A stretch of 64,000 nt of DNA from the human T2T-CHM13v2.0 reference genome, Homo sapiens (GCF_009914755.1 NC_060925.1); one strand, 5' to 3'. Positions 21,530 to 51,889 are shown, numbered from the stretch's first letter. The notes: generated from the letters alone by a model not told the origin. A program made the numbers and translations.

Positions 21530-21826
21530 ATTTTTTTTTTTTTTTTGAGACGGAATCTTGCTCTGTTGCCCAGGCTGGAGTGCAGTGGCCAATCTCGACT
21601 CACTGCAAGCTCCACCTCCCAGGTTTATGCCATTCTTCTGCCTCAGCCTCCAGAGTAGCTGGGACTACAGGCGCCCGCCACCACGCCCAGCTAATTTTTT
21701 GTATTTTTAGTAAAGATGGGGTTTCACTGTGTTAGCCAGGCTGGTCTCGATCTCCTGACCTCGTGATCTGCCCGCCTCGGCCTCCCAAAGTGCTGGGATT
21801 ACAGGCGTGAGCCACCGCACCCGGCC
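21530..21826 (-). mobile_element. AluY (preceded by a FLAM-like fragment at 21439-21530)
   Basis: Reverse AluY diagnostics. Confidence 0.92.
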
Positions 21827-22039
21827 CGAGTAATTTTTTTTAAGTCTCTGTTAAGCTGCAATACTCCTGCCCCCTTCATTTTATCTATGCCATTGTATTT
21901 GTTTGTTTAAGAAACTAGGTCATTTTTTCCTGTCAAGTTTCTCACATTCTGGATTTGGCTGAGTGTACCCTTGCAAATGTCATTTAGCATGTTCCTTTGT
22001 CCCCTGTGATTATATTTAGAAGTTTGATTAAATTCAAGC

Positions 22040-22762
<723 letters not shown>

Positions 22763-22792
22763 TTAATCTACTTTCAATGATGTTGAGATTGA

Positions 22793-24070
<1,278 letters not shown>

Positions 24071-24164
24071 TATCAACCTTTTATCTGATGGCACTGCTGA
24101 TCATTGTCTAGATTCATTCATTCATTAAGAGTTGCAAAATGGAGATTGTCTAATTTTGTCATTC

Positions 24165-24499
<335 letters not shown>

Positions 24500-25160
24500 T
24501 AGCTGTGAATCATCTGTAAGAAAAACTGCTCTCAATAACTGCTTTGTTACTCTGACATTTCACCCATTCAGGAAAGGTAGAATTAGTGCTTGATTATCTC
24601 GCATTTGTCTTAGGTGGGCTAAGAAGGATCTGCTTCCTAGAAGCAGATCTTGAGTCAGGAACAAAAGTAGTTTATTTGGTAAGTGATGCTAACAGGCACT
24701 GGGAGAGGAGTGGAGAAGTGGGACAGGAAAGGGAAGGGAGCCAGTTAGAGGCATGTATTAGAGCAGGTGGGCCAATGGGGATCAATCCTGCTGAGGAACC
24801 TGGGAGAAGTGTAGAAGCTGCCTCAGAGAATCCTCCCCAAGGGGCAAAGAAATAGGATATAATTGTCAACTCCCTCTGTGTTGGTTGAGAGCTCCTTCTG
24901 GGAGCATTAACTCTCTAGCATTCCTGGCTTGCCCTGAGCACAAACATGCTCCCATAGCCAGAACAAACGCCTCCAGGCAGAGTCACAGATGTTCACAAAG
25001 ATGCGTCCTCCTGTAGAGGTGAATGCTGAAGGATATGGGTCACAGTACCGTCCCCCCTTTGCACTGCTAGGATCCATTTGTGCCTCTCATTCCATGAGTT
25101 CATTCTATTCTGTCTCTGATGCTTCAAGGTGGTGGCTGATTGCAATTTCTAATTCTTTTA

Positions 25161-25477
<317 letters not shown>

Positions 25478-26422
25478 AATTGTACAATGGGTGGGTTAGT
25501 AGGACAAACCATAACCATTGCTGCAGTTGGTTGCAAGGCTGAAATCAGCATTCAACATTTCCCTCCTCTACAGTTCATTCTGTTAGTCTGCAGGGCTTTC
25601 TCAATGGAAAATCCAGACCTTCATGACTGAAGTTCTCTGCCTTACATCACCATGCCCTTGCCAGGCCATCATTGATACAACTGCCTGTTCATGGGATAAT
25701 GAAGATCAAATATCTCTGCTTGCATAATTCCTTTCTTTGTGTACTGGCCAATTGGTATGAGATGCCCCAAATGACCCAATGGCTGCTGTAGCCTTAGGTT
25801 TAGTAGCATCTTCACTGTGACCTCTGGGAGCTGCATCTGCCACTTCAAGAACCAGGGCTTCTAATCCCACAGACCTTAAATGTATAAGGACAGGAGGCAC
25901 AAATTCCCCCAAGTGAGTCACTAGGACTGATGGTGAGAGGGGTATTCCTTCTTCCATACCTTGGTTCCTGTACCCCTGATTTCTAACTGTCTGGCATATA
26001 GCACTATATAATGGCCATTAACTCAAAATATATACTGCATTTTGCAGGACTGCACCCAAATCTCACAGGATCTTTTCCCCAGGCTGGCTTTAGATGTGCT
26101 GTAAAGAGGCCACAGTAATGTACTAACAAGCTGGCAGTTTCAAGGTGATGTGATATATTATAGCATAGAACCAATGGATCCTGTGGCTGTGCATCCATTG
26201 TCACATTTCCTTCGCTATAAAGTGCAGACCCTTGGTTAGAGGTGAGACTATAAGGGGTCTCATAAGGACAAATCATTGACTTTGGGCCCTTGATATTTGG
26301 TGCTGGCCCAGGCATTTGGTCAGGAAAGACAAATCCATATCCAGAATATGCACTAATCCCAGTGAGGACATATTGCTCCTCCCCCAGATTGAAAGAGATA
26401 CACTGAAATCAACATACCATCA

Positions 26423-26735
<313 letters not shown>

Positions 26736-27793
26736 CATACTATCAACTGGCTGGTTGATCTCCTTGAGGGCTGGTACCATGTTGAGGGGTCAGCATCTGT
26801 CTCTGCTGCAGACAGGCCAAACATTCAGCAGTGGCAGTAGCTAGATGAGCCTTGATGAGAGGTCGCCCATGCTAGTGGGCCCTTGCATAGATTCCAGATC
26901 TACTGCCACAACTACTCCATTCATGGGCTCACCATGGAAGCCCTGGCATGACAAAGGCTGGTTTATCCACTGGAGTCCTTCTGTCCCCTTAGCTCTTCAA
27001 TGCCCCCTCTGCAGTGAATGTTCTTTGATGGTACTGACATAAGACACAAAGATTTATCACTTTGTGCCCACTCCTATAAGTCCATCCATATACCTCTTCC
27101 CTGGACATCCTTACCTCCAACCTTCCAATCTTACTCTCTTCTGGGCCCTGACCAGCCAACTAAGCCACTGCCACTGCTCAAGAATCCATGTGTATATACT
27201 TTCCTCAAGTCACCTCTCTCACTGCAGAGTAGACCACCAGCATGCTGCTTGAAACGTCCTCCCTGGAGGATTTCCCCTCATGTTGTCTTTCAAGGCCACC
27301 CCTGAGTGGGGCTGTAGTGTGGCAGCATCCAAGTTTAGCTCACATCAATAAATCAGACAGGCCCATCCATGAACCTGGCCTGCATTTTTTCCTCCTCTAA
27401 AGCCTGGTTATAGGGAAATTCCCACAAGGCTACAGGGTGAGCTAAGAGAGGTACAGGAGCAACAGGGACAGGTAAAGTGGGATCTGGACTCCCTGCACTT
27501 GTAGCTTATTCGTGCCCTCTGGACATGCTTACACCCAATCCTAAATGTACCATTTTTTGTTGCTACTGTGCCCATATGTCCTCATGACTTGGTGGGTCTG
27601 AAAATTCCCAGATCTTGATGGCAAACAGAGACAAGAAAGGGAAGGAATCCAGTAAAGGGTGCATAATGGAATAGGCTATGGCCATGGACAAATGAAATGC
27701 ACGCTGCTGGGGCACTCTGGGAGCCAGTGTAGAACTTGCCGCCGTTTTCCCACCTGAGAGATGAGGAGGCTGGGGTTTTAATTTACCAACTCC

Positions 27794-28088
27794 GGCAAGG
27801 TGCGGTGGCTTACGCCTGTAAGCCTAGCACTTTGGGAGGCCGAGGTGGGCAGTTCACCTGAGATCAGGAGTTTGAGGCTAGCCTGGCCAAAGTGGTGAAA
27901 CCCCTGTCTCTACTAAAAATATAAAAATTAGCCAGGCACGATGGCATGTACTGTAATCCCAGCTACTGGGGAGGCTGAGGCAGGAGAATCACTTGAACCC
28001 AGGAGGCTGAGGTTGCAGAGCCGAGATCACACCACTGCACTCCAGCCTGGGTGACAGAGTGAGACGCCATCTCAAATAATAATAATAA
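27794..28088 (+). mobile_element. Alu (AluS)
   Basis: TSD taatttacca(a/c)ctcc. Confidence 0.92.
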
Positions 28089-28543
28089 TTTACCACCTCC
28101 CCACCTGTTACTGGTTGAGGACTGGTCCCAGGGGCATTAACCTTCTGGTGCTTCTGACTTACTGTGCATTTAGGCCAAGCATTTAGGTACAGACACAAAT
28201 ATCCTCGGGCAGCAAGCAGTCTTTGGTTTGTTGAGTGCTAAGAGAATATGGGTCAGGCCACCAACAGGATCTGCTACCCCCTATTAATTTTCAAAACCTT
28301 GAATGGTGCCCTATCAATGTCCAAAGGTGACCAATGGTTTTATTTTTCAGTATCATTATGAACTTATGGAATTTTCATGTATTTGATATGTTTCAATCTC
28401 GTACAGTCATTATTCATTTTAATGCTGAAACTGTTTCATCTTTGGCCAGTGGAAGTCTTCTCAAGTTGGCTACTGGATCTTTTTAAAATGACCCTCACCT
28501 GACCTGAGTTTTATAACTGTAACTTCCTTATTCTCTCTCCCTC

Positions 28544-28821
28544 TTTTTTTCTTTTTTGTTTTAGAGAGACAAGGTCTTGCTCTGTTACCCAGGCTAGAGT
28601 GCAGTGGCACTGTTCTAGCTCACTGCAGCCTCATACTGTGGGCTCAAGTGATCCTCCTGCCTCAGTCTCTCAAGAAGTCAGAACTACAGGCATGTGACAC
28701 CATACCCAGCTGATCTTTCCTTCCTTCCTTCCTTCTTTCCTCCCTCCCTCACTCTTTCTCTCTCCCTTTCTTTCTTTCTTCCTTCCTTCCTTCCTTCCTT
28801 CCTTCCTTCCTTCCTTCCTTC

Positions 28822-28860
<39 letters not shown>

Positions 28861-29003
28861 TTCTTTCTTTCTTTTCTTCTTATTGGTAGACACCAAGTCT
28901 TGCTATGTGCCCAGGCTGGTCTCCAACTCCTGGATTCCAGCAATCCTCCTGCCTTGGCCTCCCAAAGTGTTGGGATTACAGATGTGAGCCACCACACCCA
29001 GCC
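28544..29003 (-). mobile_element. Alu (AluJ) with linker expanded into a microsatellite
   Basis: Arms separated by (TTCC)n(TTTC)n. Confidence 0.9.
28716..28880. repeat. (TTCC)n/(TTTC)n compound microsatellite
   Basis: ~165-bp near-pure pyrimidine tract. Confidence 0.95.
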
Positions 29004-29219
29004 AAATTTCCTTATTCTCTAGTCTGACAAGCTATCCTGGCCCAGACCTGGAATTTCTCCAAAGAGTCCTTGTTCCTTTTAGCAGGAAGTGCCATGTAGA
29101 GATCACAACTGGGACCCACAGGGGATTCATTGTTATTGGGTTGTCACTACTTCTGAGCCTTTTCAGTGGCATGAGTTCATGCTGATAGTTCCAATTCAGA
29201 TGAAGGATTAGCAGTATTT

Positions 29220-29539
<320 letters not shown>

Positions 29540-29743
29540 TTAACTCTTCTTCTCTTACAGTCAAAATCTTGGTTTCTAACACTATTAATATAACTAATTA
29601 CTTATTTGCTTTATTATGATAAATAGTGTGTTATAATAATGCTCAAAATAATGCCAACATTAAAATTAATCCATGGCTCCTTTTGCCCTTAGAGAGCTGG
29701 AGACATATAGTCAAAATGTTGAGTTTTATAATCACTTGAAATA

Positions 29744-30030
29744 ATTTTTTTTTTTTGAAACAGAGTCTCACTCTGTCTCCCAGGCTGGAGTGCAGTAGCA
29801 CAATCTTGGCTCACTGCGACCTCCGCCTCCCAGGTTCAAGGGATCCTCATGCCTCTGCTGCTCCAGTAGCTGGGATTATAGGTGTGCACTACCACACACA
29901 GCTAATTTTTGTATTTTTAGTAGAGATGGCATTTCACCTTGTTGGCCAGGCTGGCCTCGAACCCCTGACCTCAGGCGATCCGCCCATCTCTGCCTCCCTA
30001 AGTGCTGGGATTACAGGCTTGAGCCTGGCC
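29744..30030 (-). mobile_element. Alu (AluS)
   Basis: Reverse dimer. Confidence 0.9.
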
Positions 30031-32772
30031 GAAAGAAAATTCTTCTATGTGGTTTTGCTCCAACTTCATATATAGTTAGGTACATTTGTTACAATTTGTT
30101 TTATACTTTTAGGGATTGCTTCATTTTTCTTCATTTTAATTTAATTAAAATTAATGTAAACTCTCTCTAATTAATTTCGTATTTTAATTATATAAAATAT
30201 TTACATGGCTCCAACATCAAAACCATACAACAAGGGGTTATTACCATTTTACAGGTGAAGAAACTGAAGCACAGGGAGATTAGTACCTGCCCCAACATCA
30301 CAGACAAATGAGTGGTCCTTCCCCATAGGAGGCTGGGAGAGGCACTACAGGCAGCCTTCTGGTGGGACCTCAAGAGGTAAATTCAGATGTACTCGGGCTC
30401 CAGCCCTCCAGTTCCTCCCGCTGTTCTTTGTGCAACAAGCTGATGGTCTCCTCTGAACACATGGGTTTGCAACCCTCAAAGCGCGGTCTGACCAGCTCAT
30501 GGGGACGCTGGCTCCTGCTGGTGCAGCAGGGGGGCTCTCTGATGATGCTGTTCAGCCTGTAGTCCCCATTGCTGTCTCCCTACTGCTCCACATCCCCTCC
30601 CACTCCACACTCCCTGTCTGCGGCAGCAAGAGCCCTCAGAGCCACACTCAGCCATTTCTGCCCCCCACCCCCTCCTGCCTGGGCTGGGGTCCCGTGCTTC
30701 CTGGCCTCTTTCAGAAGCTATCAAAGCCCCCATTCTCTGAACACAGCTGTGCCAGCATTCAGAGCCACATCCCCCTCTTCAGTCCTACTCCCACATGCCT
30801 ATGGCACAAGACCCAGATGCCCGTGCAGGGCCTCGGAGAGGAACTCAGCTGCCTAGGCCCCCACTCCAAGTCTGGGAGAAAGGGGGCAGGTGTTCAAGGA
30901 GGTTGGCAGGACAGGCTCTCCCAGTGGCCACTGTGGAATAGAATCCAGTGAGGAAGGCCCAAGGCTAACACTGGAGATGGGGGGAACTCAGGATGCAGGA
31001 GCGTGGAGGGCAGATTCTCTTTTCTCAACTTGGGTCATGGCCTCAGCTTTGGCATGGATGGGGGATGTTGGGGGTCCGGTGGAGGCAGGAGATTGATTGT
31101 TCTCATCCAGAGAGGCTGGAAAATTCCCCAGGGCCCAGGAGACTGGGAGGCAGCCAGCTGGGCTGCACGTGGGAGAGGGAGGAGAGCTGCCCACGCTCTC
31201 CCTCTCTCTCTTTCTTCTCTCCACCTCCCTCTTTCTCCCTCCCCTGATAGACATCTGGGGAGCCCTGGCAAGAACCTTGGCCTGGGAGTCAGGAGACTTG
31301 ATTTTTGGTCATGGTTCAGCCAGTTCCATGCTGTGTGACTCTGGACAGTTGCTTGACCTCTTTGGGTCTCAGTTTCCGTGTTCAGAAGATATTCAAGGTT
31401 ACTGGAGGAATTTTTCTCCTGTTACTGAGACAGGAGGTTCTACCTGAAATCTGACTTTCATTCTTCCCGCTGCCATTGATTCTGTTTGCTTTCAGCCAAT
31501 CCCCAGGGATCTCTTTCTGAGATCTGGAGGGGCTAGGCAGAGCCCCTCCTCTGGAGGGGGTTCTTGCCTCTGGAGGAGGCTGATTCTTGCCTCCTCTCAG
31601 AAAGTAAATAGAAACGGGGGAAGACACATATGGCCAAGTGTCCGTAATTGTAAAGAGAGTCTCTGATCAGCAATTGCTGGTTCAAACTGCAGGTTAGCCT
31701 TCAGTATAAATTTTCTCAGCTGGAAATGTTGGAAAAGCCTCAGAGTGCCCATTTCCTCCCCTGAGAAATCCTCTGGAAAGGTCTCTACTCCCAAATAATG
31801 AGCTCTCCAGGGCAGTGGTCCTCTGACCTCCTGGCCAGGAGATCTGGGCAGATTAGGTTGCTGTGTGTGTGCGCAAGTGTGTGTGACTGGGAAAGGAAAA
31901 GAACTAGATTTTGCTAAGCCCGAGTCATGGGCCAGGGGTTTCCCTTGCCTAGAACAGGTACAGTAGATATTGCCCAGTGCAGTAGATATTATTCAGCCCA
32001 CTGTTCAGAAGAGAGAGTTTCAGAGGAGGAACGGGGCCCTTTCTGAGGTTTGCCACTGCAAATGACAAAACAGGAATTTGACCTCAGTGCCTGTGATGCC
32101 AGAGTCCTCGTCTGCGCAACAGCAGCTGTCTGTTCTCTCACCACGTCTGGTCTCCCACCAGGGATCTGCTTTTTGGAACAGACTGTCTGGTACCAGCCCT
32201 TGTCCAGACCCAGGTGCTGCTGGCCTCAGTCAAGGGTGGATTCCCCCAGGGCACCGAAGTGAGTGCCAATCCTTCTGGTCATGAGGAGAGGTGGTAAGGA
32301 AGGTCACTTTCTCTGCCTTCTCTGGTCACAGCCAGGTTTCCCTGAGGCAAGAACTGTGGTTACATCTGAGCCACCACTGGGATTAAATTTCAGCCGCTTG
32401 GTTGCCTGGCTCAGCCTGGCTGGCCTCAAGCCCTGTAGAGCCAGTGTGGAGGTAGGCTGGACACATGCATCCATGCTGAGACTGTCCTGAGGAAGGGGGG
32501 TTTTCTTGCAGCTCTGAAATGCAACTTCTAAGGGGAGCAAAAAGACATCCTAAGGCTGCCCAGATCTGTCCCCGAAGGCCTTCTCAGATCCGCTCTTTCT
32601 ACTAGAAGAATTGGAACTGCATTTCCAGGCCTCGAGCAGTTCCTGGTCCACAGCTGGAATTCAATTCAACTCATATTGGTCTAACGAAGTAAATAGATCG
32701 AGGTCCCTTCCTCCCCAGACTGTCCCAGGCACCTTCCTCTGTCCCCTTCAGTCTTGCATCCTTTCTGGGGCA

Positions 32773-32778
32773 TTTTTC

Positions 32779-32814
<36 letters not shown>

Positions 32815-33094
32815 GAGAGGGAGCCTCACTCTATCACCCAGGATATAATGCAGTGGCACGATCTCAGCTCACTGCAACCTCCACTTCCCAGGTTCAAGCA
32901 ATCCTCCCTGCCTCAGCCTCCCAAGTAGCTGGGATTACAGGTGTCCACCACCACACCGGCTAATTTTTGTATTTTTTTAGTAGAGATGGGGTTTCGCTAT
33001 GTTCACTAGGCTGGTCTTGAACTCCCGACTTCAGGTGATCCGCCCACCTTGGCCTTCCAATGCTAGGATTATAGGCATGAGACACCGCACCTGG
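32773..33094 (-). mobile_element. Alu (AluS)
   Basis: TSD ggcattttt. Confidence 0.92.
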
Positions 33095-34219
33095 CTGGCA
33101 TTTTTCTTGGTAAGGAAATTTACCATCTACCCCTCCCTACCCCCCAGGTCTTCTTTTCCTGTCCCTACAGTAGATGGGTCTCTGGGAAGGGGCCAGAATC
33201 TTCCCTTTAGACCCTCAAAGATTTGGAGTGGGTTTTTTTGTGAGGTTCTCAAAGCCCTTTGGAACCAAGTCCATGACACTGGGAGTGAAAGCCAGGCAGT
33301 GGTGAGTGGGGGCGTTGGCACATTCAGTGGGGAGCAGTCCAGAGTTCCCAAGAGGGACCTAGGGTGCAGTCTAGATGGAAGGCTGGGGATCTGCCTTGAG
33401 GTTGCATTTGCATTGAATGCACCTTACTTTACTTGGGGTATTTTGAAGATGCTGTGGAGATTATGGGGATCAAAGCCCTCCAAAGCTATCCTTGGTGCCA
33501 ATATTGGTATCCAGGGGAGGGAATCTAGGCATCTGGCTGTCCTGCCCACTGTCCGTGCCAGGGGCTTTGCCTACAGTCCCAGGAGGGAGGAGGGAAAAGC
33601 AAAGAGAGCCTGGGAAAGGAGAGGGAAGCAGAGGCCCTGGAGCTGGGGGAAAGGAGGGTCATTGGTATTCTGGGCGCTGAGGAGTTCCTGGCTGGGCAGC
33701 ACTCAAGGCCCACCCCCTGGCATCAGGCTGCACATTCAGCATCGACAGCCCTGGCCAGTAGGCCTTCTGGGCTCCCAGCAACGCCTGCATTTTGCACATT
33801 GGTTTGCATGACTGGTAATGTCCCTTCACAGGGCCACCCGCACCCCACCCCCACCCCAGGTCTAGAGATTTCCTGAATTGCTTTGCTTAACCCATGATTC
33901 TGCTGTCTAACCTCCATCCTTCCAGCTGCAAAGTCAGCTCCTCCTCTGTGCAGGGAGTGGGAGCACCACAGGAGCCAATGCCCAATCATAGCTGCCTCCA
34001 GGGAGGTAGCTACGGTCCTTTGCACCCCATTCTGCCTCCAGAAAAGAGTTTTCCATTTTTTTTATTAGAAAGGGTGTCTCTTTTCAGGAGCAAAGCCCCC
34101 ATTCTCCCTTCATCCACTTCTTACAGTCTAATTGACTCCCTCCTCCTTCTTCTTTGAACAACGAGAAGACTCTCCAGTTGTCCAACTTCCACCCCTCCAG
34201 CTGCAACATCGTCATCCTT

Positions 34220-35140
34220 TAGCTCAGCGAACGCTGGGCGAACGCTCCCTCCCCGCCCCTCCTGCCCCTCCTCCCTACTCCAAGCCCTCGGCTTCTCATC
34301 CGCTGAACGATGTCCTACTTCGCTCGTCCTTGCTCTCGCCGCTGCTGCCGGAGCCGAAGCAGAGAAGGCAGCGGGTCCCGTGACCGTCCCGAGAGCCCCG
34401 CGCTCCCGACCAGGGGGCGGGGGCGGCCCCGGGGAGGGCGGGGCAGGGGCGGGGGGAAGAAAGGGGGTTTTGTGCTGCGCCGGGAGGGCCGGCGCCCTCT
34501 TCCGAATGTCCTGCGGCCCCAGCCTCTCCTCACGCTCGCGCAGTCTCCGCCGCAGTCTCAGCTGCAGCTGCAGGACTGAGCCGTGCACCCGGAGGAGACC
34601 CCCGGAGGAGGCGACAAACTTCGCAGTGCCGCGACCCAACCCCAGCCCTGGGTAGGTGAGTGCCTCCGCAGCCCCGCCGCCCGCCGTGGGGTCGGGGACA
34701 GGGAGAAGGGAGTGCCTGCCTGGTCTGCGCCCCCCGCCTGTCAGCCCTTGCCTCGAGGCTCTGGGGCACCCAACTCGTCGACTCCTGACACCGCAGCGGG
34801 GTAGGCTGCTGGACAGCCCCGAGCGCCTGCAGCTGCTGCTGCCATCTCTGATCTACATGCTTCCAGCTCTGCCAGTGGCAGCCCCCCTGCTGCTCGCAGT
34901 CTGATCAGCAACCCCTCGGGTCCTCGCATCTTCCCTGCTGCGCGCTCCTGTCCCAGCGCGGCCGCCGAGATTTCCGACCTTGTCCCAGGCAGGGCGGTAG
35001 CGTTCCGGATCAGTCCTTGCCTCCGTGCCCCCACGCACAGGCAGCTCCAGGAGCAGCGGCCAGCAACCCTTCTGGGGACACCTTACTGTAGTCCGGCAGG
35101 ACAGCCGATCAGAGCCGCTCTAGGGGGTGGTCGGAGTGCC
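34220..35140 (+). promoter_or_regulatory. BCAN: BCAN promoter CpG island with GC boxes and G-runs
   Basis: Dense CpG; several GGGGCGGGG-type sites at 34413-34456 upstream of exon 1; no TATA box. Confidence 0.88.
34497..34655 (+). other. BCAN: BCAN non-coding exon 1 (start approximate)
   Basis: Inside a CpG island after a GC-box cluster; donor TAG|GTGAGT at 34655/34656. Confidence 0.8.
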
Positions 35141-35989
35141 CATTTCGGCTGGAATCCCAACTCGGCTCCTTGCTCTGTGACCTTGGGGTAGTTAGTTGAC
35201 TTCTCTGAACCTCGGGTTCCTCATCGGTGTAATGAGCAAAACATAAACAATCTTTTTCTCACAGTTGAGGTTATCCACAGGAAGCATTTAGGAGAACTGG
35301 CTCAGGTAGACATCAGTAACTATTAGCTGGAATTCGGTTACCACTATTGCATTCCTTCCTAGCACTGCCAGGGGCCTGGGAATTCCCTCTCCCAGGTATT
35401 TCCATATCCTGTCAGGTATTCCCCCACCTATTGGAATAGCTCTGCCTACATGGTTCTAATAGGACCAAGAGATTGGCGTCAAGTCCAAGGGGCACCATTA
35501 TTATCTGCATTACTTAGATTGCAGATGATGACAGTAAGATCAGGGAACAGTGTTACCCTTAGACCCACCCACAGTATTACCAGTGCCTATGTTGCTATGG
35601 CTAACTTTGCTATTTATAACAGCATCATCCACATTTCAGATTCTATACGAGAGGGATCTGCAACTGCTCGGCTGGTGTCATTGCTAATAGTATTATTAGT
35701 TTTGCTTCCAATAAAAAGGACTATTTATATGATGATTGCAATTACTTCTACAGGCCCTAAGGCCCTGCTTATATTGTGTAGGCTCATGTTGCTCCTCATG
35801 AAGCCGTTAAGGGGGTAGCAGAGAGCTTCCCTCCTGCTATAGCCAAAGCTCTGGCTTCTTGTGCCTCCCTGCTGACCCTGCTGAGTGCTGGAGCTCAGTT
35901 CCTATGGGACAGACCTTGGCTGCCGGCTGATGGGCATTCAGCATGGAGGTGGTGGGTGTTGTTAGATGTGTGTACACACGTGCATGCCT

Positions 35990-35996
35990 ACACACA

Positions 35997-36056
<60 letters not shown>
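35990..36056. repeat. (CA)n(GA)n compound microsatellite, BCAN intron 1
   Basis: Read directly. Confidence 0.95.
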
Positions 36057-36060
<4 letters not shown>

Positions 36061-38442
36061 GTCTTAACTCTCTGGGTTGGGTCTATGAAGACTGTGAGGG
36101 AGATGGACATCCAGGGTCAGACAGAAATGATGTGACAAGAGGAAAGTTTCCTGAACAGCTCAAGAAATTCAAAACAAGGGCAGAGATACAGACGCTGGAG
36201 CTGAAACAGAGAGGGGGATGTTGTGGCGTCAAGGGAACGGACCGCATGACTGCTGAGCTCTCAGGGTTAGAGTTGGAGAGGTGTGGCCTGCTCTGGAGGA
36301 AGAGAAGAGGAAGTGGAGATGAGTGGTGTGTGGGATAGAGAAGGCCACAGAACCCTGGACCCCTGGGTTCCGAGGCTGGTACCGGATGTGGGGAAGTCTG
36401 AGTTTCCTCAGGGCTCCTAGCTGCAATTGGGAGGCTGAGGCCCGAGACTGGAGAGACAGAGCTCTCTCAGAACTGCACGGGGCTACCCTCTTGGCCTCAC
36501 TGGTCAGTGACTCCCATTTTTGGGGTCAAGGGTAGGTTGCCCTCCATGTTCCAGAGCAGTTAGGTCCTCATTGGCCTTAGGCCCTCTTCCCTCACTCTCC
36601 CACTGTCAGACAGAGGTGAAAGGGTGGTCCAGGGTGTTGGCCCCAAAATGACTCCAACTATATGGGTCTCTGGGCTGCCCGTCAGAGAGATGGGAGCCAG
36701 GTCTGTGAGCAGCTCCAGCTCCAGCCCAGAGAGAAGGGAGGGAGGGCACCAGAAGGGGGCCAGGCCCAGGCCCTGGCACAGCTCAGATGCATGGCAAACA
36801 GTCTTCCCAGCACCCGGTGGGCACTGGCTGCTCCTGCCCAATGGTCCCCACTCCAGCCCCAGAACAGTCCTCCCAAGCACCCCAATGTCTGGAGCTGGTC
36901 TCCGCACCTCTAATCTGGCCCCATCAAGAACCTCCTCCCTCTGAAAGGTCAGAGAGAGGCCCTAAGCATCTGGTTGTGCCACTCCTCTCCCAACTCTGAC
37001 CCTAGGGAATGATATCCAGACACAGTGGGGGAGATGGGGGTTATGATGGCAGGGAGGTGGGAGGATCTGGGAAAAGTAGGAAATTTCCCATCATCTCAGG
37101 CTTAGGAAAGTGCAGGGACAGGTATGAAGGCAGATGCTGAGAGGGCAGGGAAGATGGGGGATAAACAGTGGGCCTGGAATGGGAGTGCACAGCCAGTGGA
37201 ATAAACCTGATCTCTAGGAAGTCCTGCCTGTAGTCTAACCTTCAATTCTCTTGCTGCATCATTGGCCTATTCCATGGCATACCTGGATCTCCATGCTCTT
37301 CTAAGTTTAGCCCAACCCTTAAAGATGATGTAGCTCTGAGTCTTCTCTCCTGGGAGCACATTGCCCTCGTGCCTGACTTGGCTTTACTAGGGATCCAGGG
37401 TCAGCCCTATCCTTCTCTGAGCCTCAGTCTCCATTTCTCAATGTCACAACACATCCTTTTTATGAGAGTGTAAGTGCTTCGAGATCTTTGGAGGAATATT
37501 CTGGGTTCTAGAGCTTCTGATAGCCAGGGGTAGGAAGGGGTAGCCCCTCCCATTTATTCTCCCCCCCCTTAGTCCACCCTCCAGCCCAAGGCTTTCACAA
37601 AAGGTAGGGTGGGGGAAGGGAGGGGCTGGATAGAGGCCAGACTGGCAGAGACAGGGGCTTTGTCCCAACTGATTTCTGAGCCAAGAGTTCCGGTGGGAAA
37701 GCCCGTGCCAGGCAGAAAGGAGAGGCTGGGAAGAAGAAGGGAGGAGGCAGCCAAGGAAGGGGGATGGAGAATGTTGGGGAGTAAAGAGAAGAGTTTCCTT
37801 ACAAATAATGGTGGGGAGGAAGTAGAGGAGAGGGTGGGCTCAGGAGAAGCTGTGCTTACTTGCGTTCGGTCTAGGAGGCCCTCCTGGAAAAGGCCAGGTG
37901 AGTATGGTGTCCCTGGAGGCAGGGACAGTCTAGAAGGCAGAAGAGGCTAAAGAGATACTATGGGAGAAGGCTCTGGGTTCGAGGAAGGAGTCTGGCACTG
38001 GGAGGAGCAGATGGAATTCTGAGTATAAGAGCACCCACCATTCATGCTGTAAACTGAGCTCCTACTGTCTGCCTGGTGCTATGCATTTGTACAGGAGTTT
38101 TAAGATACTAAACACTCTCAAAGCACATGGTCCTATCTCAACTCATGAGATAGTAATGATGATGCTTTTTTATAAGTAAGAAAATAAAGGCTCAGAGAAG
38201 GTAAGGAGCTTGGCTTAGGTCACACAGTGAGTTGACTAGGACTCGGGTTTTGGTTCTGAGAAGAAATCACTTGCTGGGAAGATGGGGATCAGAAACAGAG
38301 AGTCCATGGTGATGTGAAGGTAGGGGACTTCTGGAGCCAGGATATGTGTGAACCCACATGGGTGTGGTAGGGAGCAGGGGGGAAGTCCATCCTGAAGTCT
38401 AACCCCATCTTTCCTTCTCATGTCCCTCTGTCAGCCTGCAGC

Positions 38443-51522
<13,080 letters not shown>

Positions 51523-51889
51523 GGGGCAAGGCCTTGAACACTGCCGGCCACAGCACTGCCCTGTCACCCAAATTTTCCCTCACACCCTGCGCTCCCGCCA
51601 CCACAGGAAGTGACAACATGACGAGGGGTGGTGCTGGAGTCCAGGTGACAGTTCCTGAAGGGGCTTCTGGGAAATACCTAGGAGGCTCCAGCCCAGCCCA
51701 GGCCCTCTCCCCCTACCCTGGGCACCAGATCTTCCATCAGGGCCGGAGTAAATCCCTAAGTGCCTCAACTGCCCTCTCCCTGGCAGCCATCTTGTCCCCT
51801 CTATTCCTCTAGGGAGCACTGTGCCCACTCTTTCTGGGTTTTCCAAGGGAATGGGCTTGCAGGATGGAGTGTCTGTAAAATCAACAGGA

